A stretch of 64,000 nucleotides of DNA, from NCBI GenBank assembly GCA_021613535.1, contig CP075492.1, positions 6,076,001 through 6,140,000 of the forward strand, in the 5' to 3' direction. The notes below the pieces were generated by a model. It did no database searches, was not told the DNA's origin, and saw nothing but the letters and a program-made list of their open reading frames with translations. Source of the stretch: Adineta vaga (taxonomy: Eukaryota > Animalia > Rotifera). Numbering within the stretch: the first letter of the stretch is position 1; every line of letters starts with the position of its first letter. Below are positions 54,155 through 64,000 of the stretch, in pieces. The translations under genes and the position numbers were made by a program.

Positions 54155-57100
54155 CTTTTATAAACATTTGAATGTCCGTCGGAATCACATAGATTTAACG
54201 TTCATTCTGATTTTCTCTTTAATGTTTTCAACGTTTTTTTTTAAATGTTCACTTATTATAACAATAAATATGTTTTGCATCAGAAAAATCACTTCGATTA
54301 TTTCAAACATCAAATCTTCATTACACTTATTTATATCTTTCCTCAATCATCATATACTTCGAAGATTTTCACTGCAAATCGTAATTATTGACATTTACGT
54401 ATATAAAATTGAAAACATATCATAATAATCAAAAAGAGAACATTCGAATTTATTATTGATGAATTCTCTCTCTTCCCATTCTTATGCAAAATAATAACTA
54501 TTTATTACTTCCTCTTTTTTTTCGATAAATATCATTCGATTAGATTACGATTGATTTCCATCTATGACGTTCTTCTTTTACACTCAAAAACATTTGATTT
54601 TTTGAAAAGATCAGCATATTTTACTGATCGATGGAAAAAAAAGAAATCTAAGGATACGGTTACATATGTCTATCAAGATACAATCATGAAAGGAATATGA
54701 AAGACAAATTGGAAAATGCACATTGACAGTTTGTTTACATGATTTCTAATTTAATTTCATTGATTAGATGTCTATTTGAAGAGAATTTGTCATGTTCATG
54801 TATGCTCTATCTAAAAGAATGATAATTGGTTCGTTAGTCGGAGTAGGTCTATTCAATAATTGATTGAAATAATAGTGCAATATTCGTGGGATTTCCATGT
54901 GTGACATGAGATCACTACATTCAAGTGTGTGAAAAATTACGTCAATAGTGCGCTATCTCATTTCTCGAAGTTTCTTATTGACAGACGTCATAGATTATAT
55001 ATATATATACATATCTATGTATTAATATGTTAATCCAAAACAGAAATGAAATTGGATTGATGCACAATACCAGAAAAGTTTACGGAATTACTTTGATTCT
55101 AAGAGGATTTGTCACTATTTCAAATTGTATATGATGTGCGTCACTAAGTTATTTATGTCTAAGAGGATCCAAGCTTCAATTGCCTTTTCAGCTCAAAAGT
55201 AGCACTTGAACTTTCCTATTCATCGAAATTCTCCAGACGTATATGATTGCTTTTTTGTTTTGAAAAAGAAAGAAATAACCGATGTATTTCGACATTCCTT
55301 TTTCTTCGTTTTTCATCTTAAACTTTTCGTGCACTGTAATTAAATCATAATAATTTTACGCAGGAAAATTTCTCTATCACTCTTTCGTTATAAATAGGTT
55401 CTCAGCATATATTATTTAAAGTGCTGTACAAATAGATTAATTTGAATACATAAGTAGTAGTTTAGTTATAGGTAATCAAGTCTGTTTTTTTGATGCTATC
55501 ATGTGATGAAAAAACGTGAAGATCACTTAAGATTTCTTTGTCTAGCAACGATGATATACTTCTTGGCAGAGGAAAAATAAAACATCTTAAAAATTGATCG
55601 TTACCGTCGTTCAATAATAAGTAAAACTCGATCATATTAATAACAGACTTGTATTGAAGATTCTTTACATGAATACATCAGTAAAAAGCGTCCTTCTATT
55701 AAGAAAACTTTTTCATCATTTATTAGCTTCTTCTTTATCAATTCTTTTTTTATTCTGTATCAGTCTTCAATTATATGTCATTCAAATGTTTCCGGTTACG
55801 AACGAGAATGCCGATAAAGATCACATCATATGTATATCTTTGTCTATTGACAGAAACCTAACTGGGAAATGATTGTTACATCGATATGCTCGTAATTAGA
55901 TACAATGAAAATGGTTAGCATATCAAAACAGCTAAGTTAATTAAGTCGTATCGTTGTGTGTTTTGATTTTATTATCAAAAATAGAAATAACGTTGTTTTT
56001 GTTATTCGAATAAATCTTCTTTCAATAGATTTTCTCAGTCAATGTATTATGTGGCAAAAGAACGAACGAGCATCTATATTCGATTGATGTTATCAAATTT
56101 CAAATAAATAATCGTTTCATTTTTTTTCTCTTCTTACGATCACCTCGCTAAAAATAAACCTTTTCTCTTTTTTCTCTTCCTATTTACAACAAAAAAAAGA
56201 AAGAAAATGTCGTTGTATTATATTCCGCTTTTTATATATATATATTCTTCGTCATTTATATCGACTTCAGGCATTGAAGAGTCACTTCTAAAAATAAAGT
56301 AAGTTTTAATAACTTCGTTGTTCAAACCCATAGAAAACTTGCTTCAACTCAGCTTATGACTATAAAAAGAATACTAGATCTCTACTATCATGACATGAGA
56401 CTTATTTCTTCTTCAGTTTAAAAGAATGTACAAAGTTCGTAATTGAAATCTAAGATGTAGTTTACTATAAGAAGAAAGATCAGCTGACATCGATGTCATA
56501 TGTTTTACTTTCCTCTTTGTTGAATTATCCTTGAAAAACAGAACAATGATCATTCAAAATGATTTTTTCTATATTCGATTAGTTGTTCTACAGAACATCA
56601 ATTGCGTCATGCATATTTTACGAGTGATACTTATTAATCTTGTCTTTGTTCTACATCTTCGAATTCATTTCTTCTTCTTCTTCTTCTTTTTATTCTAGAA
56701 CATTCTCTAGTTAAGCGTTCTTTTTCCGAGAACTAATTGCTAATCTATATCTTTGATAACAATAAATTGCATCATACTGTTCTCTAACAAATGTTTGCTA
56801 GTTCAAGAGAAATAAAACTAAATCAATAGAATCCTTTTAATTTCTATGTATACGACTTTTCTTTTGTTTGAAGATTTCTCCGCCTACGTATTCTTGTGCT
56901 TTGCTTAGAAAAAGAATAAGAAAATTCCGCTAGAGATGATCATTATTTTCCCATTTTCGCTCGACAACATTGTTGTCGATTTGTCCACCTACGCATTCTT
57001 TACTTTCTCGTTTGTTCATGAACTAATTGACACACAACGTCCGCCTACTTGTTTCTAGTTTTTCTTTTTCTATTCTTGTTTTTTTCCTCCCATTTCTATG

Positions 57101-57648
57101 CTTTTTTGCGTTCAGTCAAGAAAAAACTCTATGAGAATGTTTCTACTTCTCTACATCAACCTACGCACATCGAAAGGAAAATTCTTCGTGCGAACGCAGA
57201 ATGACAATTACGTTCTACAATGACGACTAAGTTGGCGGCAACTTGTTGGTCGATCCACATAAAAGCATTCTAGAAAGCGAAAAAGAGAGACAACAACTAA
57301 ATAGAAACACTATTTTTTTTATTGATAACCTTTTTCCCTCTTTTTTTTTCTCCTTTTTTTTCTTTTTTTTTCCTTTACGTTCCGTTATTAACAGCATTAT
57401 TTCAGAAAAGATAATGACAGCGAACGTGTAGGCGCGTTGGCGTGCTCTACAGAAAACAGAAGCATCTAAATAGAAGAAAGAGAGAGAGAGAGAGACAAAG
57501 AAGAAGATAGATTAATCGAGCTAGTTCTCTAGATGTTTTTTCTTTATTCGTCTTCATTGAACGACTATCCCAAGGCTATTTTCTCTACCTTTTCTTTTCT
57601 TTTGCCTTCTTCTAGATCAATAAACATTTGCTTTATCGTACACAACGA

Positions 57649-59473
57649 ATGAATTCTACTGACGAGTCATATTCAATGACTTGTTCATTACCATCCTCAC
57701 TCGAACAAACGCCATTATCATCACTTTCTGCTGCATCAAGTTATTCATCATTGGTTAATTGCGATGAAACAATTTCCATTAATCATGAACAATCATCTCA
57801 ACAACAGCAACAACAACATTTAGAAAGAAAAATTAAGAAAAATGATACGAAATCTGATACAAATACCAAATACACGAATGTATATAACAATATCAATAAA
57901 CGTTCACCACATTCAACATTAATCCATCGTCATGTGAATAAATTATGTTCGATACTTGAAGATTCCGTCGAAATCCATGGTCAAGGAAATTTTCCAGCAT
58001 TAAATATCGTTCCTAAAGATTTCCTAATTGAATTGCGACGAGCTTTTCATGTCAATCATATTGACATCAAAGATATTCGTCTCAATGGAGGTAAGAATAT
58101 CTTGTTTTTCCTGAAACAAAAAAATTCGAACATAATAATTTCTTACTCTATAGGTGCCGCTTCATATGTTTTAACAAATGATAAATTATTTTCCTATACA
58201 GATATTGATTTCGTATTTCGTTGTGATTTATCTTCGGAATCAACTTGGACACAAATAAAAACCATTGTATGTGAATGTTTATCTCAACAAATTTCATCGA
58301 CATCTTCACAATTAACTGTTTCTCCAATAATCATTCAAGCAGCATATGTCAAAAAAATAGTACGAGTAATTAATCCATCAAATAATGATTCCTGGGCATT
58401 GATATCTTTATATAATATAAATGGTCAAAATATTGAATTGAAATTTGTTGATCGATTAAAACGACAATTTCAATTTAGTGTCGATTCATTTCAAATCTTA
58501 ATCGATCCATTACTTGATTATTATGAACGTATTTCTAAATATCAACAATTAATGAATAAAAAACAACAATATTATCATCATGGTACGTATCAGCTGGTTA
58601 GCTCTGAAGAATAGATTAGAAATAACAGCTATAGTCCATTTATTTTAATTGAAGGAAACAAAAAAGAAATTAACTTATTTCCGACTGCGATTGTATGTGA
58701 GAAAGAAGGGCACCGGAAGGACCTATGTAGTATAAAATCGAAAAATGATTTTCAATAGAACCATATGGTCGTAGTACATTAGAGTTCCCTTTCGATCATC
58801 ATTCAAAACTCTTTATGATGTCACAATGACCTTTATCGATTCTCTTCTTTTTCTCCATTTAGAATATCGTTCAGCAAAGAATAAAAATTATTCATATCGT
58901 ATTCCAATCATATCAGTTGAATGTTTATACGGAAGTTTTGATGCTGCATTAACACATCTTAATCGTCGACAGATTGTTACAACATCACCTGAAGGTATTC
59001 ATGGCGGTGGTTTACTTAAATATTGTCTACTATTGACACGTGGTTATCGACCATATGATAATGGCATATCATCATGGCAATTGGAAAAATTAATGTGTTC
59101 ACGATTTTTTATTGATTTTGTTGATGTTAATGAACAAGAATATAAATTAATCTCTTATTTATCATCACATTTTGCCAATGATGATTCAGCTAAATATCGT
59201 TATTTATTACAATTAAGTACCATTATTGAACGTAGTACAGTTTGTTTAATGGCACATGAAAGAAATTTAACATTAACATTAATATCACAATTAGCCACGG
59301 ACTATTATTATCGATTATGTGATGAATATAATACATATAATGTTACTACAGCTGAAGTTACTGTACCAAATTCGATTACAATTGATGTTATTTATCATAA
59401 TGAATTCGACGAATGGAAATCTTTATATACTCCATTAAAATCCCAATCTCAATTGCAACAAGAAGAAAATTAA
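57649..59473 (+). CDS. TENT5: Terminal nucleotidyltransferase 5 (FAM46) non-canonical poly(A) polymerase; exons 57649-58090, 58153-58582, 58863-59473
   Basis: IHGQGNFPAL, IRLNGG|AASYVL...YTDIDFVF, NIELKFVDRLKRQFQFSVDSFQI, GGGLLKYC, MCSRFFIDF, STVCLMAHER. Confidence 0.95.
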
Positions 59474-60392
59474 ATAACACGAGAATAAAAAAGCGGTTTT
59501 TCCATATGGGTTCCTCAACGAGTGCAGTTCGCCTTGCGAATAAATCCAGATAGTTTAGCCAAACACAAAAAAATTATATAATTGTATGTATGATATCCCT
59601 CCCAATCTTCTGTTGTGATTCAACGATTGGAAAGCAAAAAAATAATAATAATAATAATAATAAACATTTGTTTTATTTATTTGTATGTTATGTGTATATG
59701 TATACTTATTATTGATATGATTAGTAGTTATTTTATTGTTTGACAATGAAATAATTTCATTCTATTATATCCACTATAATACGATCTATTTTCTCTTTTT
59801 CTGTTGTTATCGTTCTGTTTTCTGTTGTTGTTTTCTCGCTGGTGCGTTTACGAATATATCTTTATTTTGACAAATATCAATAAAAAAATAAACGAACAGA
59901 TAAAATATGTACATAAAATCAAAATTTTTCTTTCTTTTCATATTGATAATGTTTTTCTTCTAACAAAAATTCTCAACAGATGTCCTGCTGCTGTGTGCTT
60001 AAGATCATTTTCATGACATCTATTATCATCAATTCCTCTGTAGTATTTCACTATCAACTTGATAGTGCGAATGAATGATGTAGAAAATAAAATATCATGA
60101 CACGAAATGAATTTCTCGATTAATTTATCTAACAGGTCGCCAGACAGTATACGAATTGATTGGCACGAGAATGATGAAAAAATGATTCAAATCCATTGGT
60201 TTATGTAATAAATATGTTTCTATAAAAAAGCGAATGATAATTAGAAAAACATGCTCACTAATTATTTAGAATGACATAACATTGACTTTTGAATTGAAAT
60301 TGATCTAGTAGATTAATAAAGCCATCTGTTAAATTGAATAAAAATTTTCAACAAAGCAGATGTTTATGATTTCTTTTTTTAGATCTTAGAGA

Positions 60393-62120
60393 ATGTCTTC
60401 ACATATTGGTAAATTATTTACTTTTTTTCTTTCTTGAATGTATTTACTTCTCTTCTATTCCTATTCAAGGTGTTTCATGTGATTCATGTTTGAAAACAAA
60501 TTTTTCTGGACGTCGTTATAAATGTTTATCATGTGATAATTATGATCTATGTGGTTTATGTTATGATAATAATTTGGAAAGTCAAAATCATCTTTGTATT
60601 CATCCAATGCAATGTATATTATCTAAAACAGCACATGGTATTCTATGAAAAATTCATTCAAAATCGAAATTGTTTTTTGTTTATTTTTAGAACTTTTCTA
60701 TGGTGGTGAAACAATTTCACATCGAAGTCTAGTTTCTTTAACATGTCCATATTGTGGAACGTGTGGTTTTCTTTCGCATACACTTCTGAAACATTGTCTA
60801 GAAAAACATTCAATTATTTCATCAGATAAAACGACGAATCAAGTTGTTGTATGTAAATATTCTTTTCCCAGAGATAAATGATCGAGATTCTTTTGTTGTT
60901 AGATGTGTCCTATGTGCTATTAATCCTGTACATGGAACTCCAACACGTTTTGTTTCATTAGCTGATCATCTCGTTCGAGAACATGATGATAACAATACAG
61001 CTTTATTCAATCAGGAACAAATATCAAATCAAAAAGTAAACGATCGATACATTGAGTTACACATAAAATTTCAAATTTTTCTTCAAAAAGAATGATTTTG
61101 ATCAAAATGATGATGATGATAATGATGACGATATTGATGAAGATGAAGGTTTACCTTTGTATATTCTTGCCGAACGTTTATTTGCAAAAGAGGAAACTCG
61201 TCGACCAATACACACGGAGAGTACTATTCGAAATTATTGTAATTCAGTAGAGCAAGGAAATGGAATTTCTTCTTCTCAACGACGTTCTCTTTCAAGACAT
61301 GTATCAAATAGAGGTTCACGAAGGAACTTGAGAAGTAAATATATTTCAAATCGATCTTAAAAGAATGCAATAATATGTGTAGGTCATTTTAATCATTATC
61401 CATATGGCACAGTACCGCGAACAACAACAACTGGATCATTGCGTACTCCATTTGATACGACAGTAGAAAGTTCAATACCATCAGATCCATATGCAGCAAC
61501 AATTCTCTTTTCTCAAGATCCACTGTTTGGTATTTATTCTAATAGAGAATAGAGATGGTTCTAAATTTTTTTTGCATCTTCTCAATTAGATTTTGAGTCT
61601 TCATTTTCTGATCTTACAACAAATGCATCGTTCTTTCTTACATCAGCACTTCCAAATCTCCGTCGTGTTGCCAATGATCGAGTAATACCAAAAAAGTATG
61701 ATCACTTTTTCTATAAACAATTGGTTGTATAAATCATTTTTTTTCCTTCGTAGATCAACTGTACCGAACGTTAAACAAAAATGTTTGAATTCTATTCAAC
61801 AATCTATGATATTAACTGAATCATTATTTTCTGATAATCAATTCTGGGAAGAAAATTTTCCACCTTTAGTTAATCATTCCAAACCTTCGATGAATACTGA
61901 TCTACCAACTGAAAATAAGATTAAAAATGAATCTCGATCATTACTTCGAAAGTATGTTGCTTAAATTATGCCAAAAGTTCATTCTTTTCTTTTTTATTTT
62001 TCCAGAATTTTAAAAAACGATTGTAATACCGAACAAATACGATTAAATGCACATAATCATACTTCATTCTTTCAATCATTATTTCTTTCATCGTTAAATC
62101 TTAGTATAAACAAAACATAG
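60393..62120 (+). CDS. KCMF1: KCMF1-like E3 ligase (ZZ zinc finger + Di19-type C2H2); ~9 exons
   Basis: MSSHI|GVSCDSCLKTNFSGRRYKCLSCDNYDLCGLCY...HPMQCILS; LFYGGE...LTCPYCG...HCLEKH; CVLCA...HLVREH; C-terminal FFQSLFLS. Confidence 0.88.
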
Positions 62121-62282
62121 TTGTTTCGAACATTGTTATCTTTTTTTCTTTTGTTGAAATAAATAGATACATTTCATATTTATCGAACAAAGAAATTTTC
62201 GACATTTTCTCATGTCTTATTTATTAGAATATAAAGTCTGTAGTTTGTTTTTCTTTCAATTGAAAAGTATTCATATCATAGC

Positions 62283-62875
62283 ATGTTAGCTAAACTTCAT
62301 CTAATCATTCTTGCTGGTCTTACTGCTATTTCATTAGCATTGATCATCACTGGTGGATGGATATCAGCATGGTGTATTAGAGTTGGAAATCGATTTGAAT
62401 GTTATTCATTATTTCAATCGAATGATACTTTTTCATGTCTTTTCAAATTAATTCCAACAGGTGTAATTTTATGTTTGATTATTTCATTATTAATGTTTAT
62501 TATTTTGATTGTTACACAAGCTAAAAAAGAATATCAATTTGTAACACGATTTGTGAATATTCTTGTTCTTTCAACAGCTATTGTTTTGATAATGATTGTC
62601 TTACTTCAATGGTTTCATCCACCTGCACAGACATCGAAGAATTAATCATTGCTCGATTAGTTGGAAAAACAGAGAATAGTACAGGTGAACTCGTTTTTGG
62701 AACAATTTCATCGAAAGATCCATTATATTTAGCAGCATCCGAAGCACAACGACAAGCATTTGTTAGTTCACGTTATAATCTTAATCATGGTCCGAATTTA
62801 TTTTTTGCTTCGTTTGTTATTCTTCTTATTGCTCTACTTGCTTTTGTTATCCTACATCGAGTTGAATTCGCTTGA
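62283..62875 (+). CDS. Four-TM claudin/PMP22-like membrane protein with an apparent 1-nt frameshift at ~62640
   Basis: Three hydrophobic helices with a W..C..C..C loop in ORF 62283-62645; the fourth helix (YNLNHGPNLFFASFVILLIALLAFVIL, claudin-like TM4 context) lies in the overlapping frame 62609-62875. Confidence 0.6.
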
Positions 62876-62947
62876 GAAAGAAAATAATAAATTACGCGCC
62901 TTACCATCTATCTATTTGTTTTTCCAATTTTGTTGTCTATTTGTTTT

Positions 62948-63235
62948 ATGCCAGTCAAACGACGTCGATTACCGAGAAAAAATCGACGACAAAACGAATC
63001 TAAACCATCATCCATAGAAGTAGTTTATCCACAAATTTTGTATGAAACACATTTAGAAAAATGTAATTCCGATCTTCAAACAATTCCTGATCAAACTTTC
63101 GGAAAAATCTATTCAACGCAAATCATTGAAGAAATCTCTTCTTCGAATGCATCATCAACGATAGAACCGAATCCAATTGAAAGATCGCCAAGAAAACCAC
63201 GAAAAAAGAAAGTCAAGACTAGAAAACGAGTTTAA
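62948..63235 (+). CDS. Short basic hypothetical protein
   Basis: 95-codon ATG ORF with coding-like composition and basic NLS-like ends (KRRRLPRK; RKPRKKKVK). No recognised domain. Confidence 0.4.
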   Translation: MPVKRRRLPRKNRRQNESKPSSIEVVYPQILYETHLEKCNSDLQTIPDQTFGKIYSTQIIEEISSSNASSTIEPNPIERSPRKPRKKKVKTRKRV

Positions 63236-63499
63236 TCTATATCTGTAAACTTTCCGAAAAAATTATCATGTTTGAATCGATTTATCAGTAAATGTTTTCA
63301 ATAAATATCGTGTTTTGTGACACGTACTATTCAGTTGTAACTCTATTACATTGAATGTATACATGATAAAACCAGTTCTCTGATCAACTACTATTTTCAT
63401 ACAAAAATATCATTCGTTACACATGATCGATTGTTGATAACGCATGGAAGTCACCGGTAAAATATATTTTTACTCTCACATACACAAATTATACCTCAA

Positions 63500-63691
63500 G
63501 GATATTGTGGTCAAGTAATGAATATCTACATCTTTATGTTTATGATGAAGATGAAGGAAAAAAAACGATATAATTGCTTCTACAAAAATCAGTTTAGATA
63601 AAGTTATTCAAACAGGACGTTTTGATGATTGGATACAATTATTGGTAGTCGAGGTGATATTCATATTCGTGTAACTTATGAACAAACATGA
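63500..63691 (+). pseudogene. Decayed single C2-domain gene remnant
   Basis: Across two frameshifts reads NEYLHLYVYDEDEGK/NDIIASTKISLDKVIQTGRFDDWIQL/GSRGDIHIRVTYEQT*, the C-terminal half of a C2 domain. Confidence 0.65.
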
Positions 63692-63781
63692 ATCATTCAA
63701 CTTTCTTATAAAAAATTAAGATAGATAGTTTTACTATTCTTTTATTGGTTTAGTGAAAATCTGACATAAATAAAATCGAAA

Positions 63782-64000
63782 TTACCATCTTTTATACGGT
63801 AAAAATTTACCAGACATGTTTATATTGACCCTGGGTGCATCCACTATTGTTTCATCTTTATCAATTTTAATTGTAAAATCTACTGCAGACATGATTCCAT
63901 CACCGAATTTTTCATGAATAACTTCTTTCATTGGAACACCATATTGAAGTAGAATTTCATAAAATCGATAGAGTAATGGATCAGTTGGCGGTAAGGATGG
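63782..64000 (-). CDS. cynS: Cyanate hydratase (cyanase), 3' part; runs off the window edge
   Basis: [72 protein letters not shown]; catalytic R, E and S motifs intact. Confidence 0.95.
   Translation of the reverse strand, partial: PSLPPTDPLLYRFYEILLQYGVPMKEVIHEKFGDGIMSAVDFTIKIDKDETIVDAPRVNINMSGKFLPYKRW

Noticed and set aside
59490-59565. GC-richer patch with TTCGC/GCGAA hairpin in the TENT5 3'UTR
   Set aside because: Only a 5-bp stem; no recognisable RNA family.
1-64000. CRISPR arrays, tRNA, rRNA, SL RNA gene, prokaryotic operons
   Set aside because: No repeat-spacer array, cloverleaf or rRNA/SL motifs were seen; the window is spliceosomal-intron-rich animal DNA.

Overview
AT-rich eukaryotic (animal) genomic DNA with many ~45-60 nt GT-AG introns; intron size and gene repertoire fit a bdelloid rotifer best (inference). 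In order: a 5'-truncated, decayed three-repeat Cys-rich membrane protein flanked by two copies of a HINE/DINE-1-like repeat; a two-domain small heat-shock protein; a TM-RING E3; glutaredoxin-3; a 10-exon U2AF35 missed by the ORF track; RalGPS; GW182/TNRC6; a 5-HT1-like GPCR; a small secreted prepropeptide; a large klarsicht/nesprin-like KASH gene; a divergent protein kinase D; a TRAF; TENT5/FAM46; KCMF1; a frameshifted tetraspan protein; a short basic ORF; a C2-domain remnant; and the 3' part of a cyanase (probable horizontal acquisition). Most notable: U2AF35 with Cys at the S34 hotspot and candidate poison exons, operon-like U2AF35-GLRX3 packing, a possible concatenated trimeric-channel-like family, an RRM-less GW182 with a hairpin-rich intron, and a clustered EGR/HSE/NF-kB-like regulatory region before TENT5. 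Exon boundaries were read by eye and may be off by a few bases. No rRNA, tRNA or CRISPR was found.
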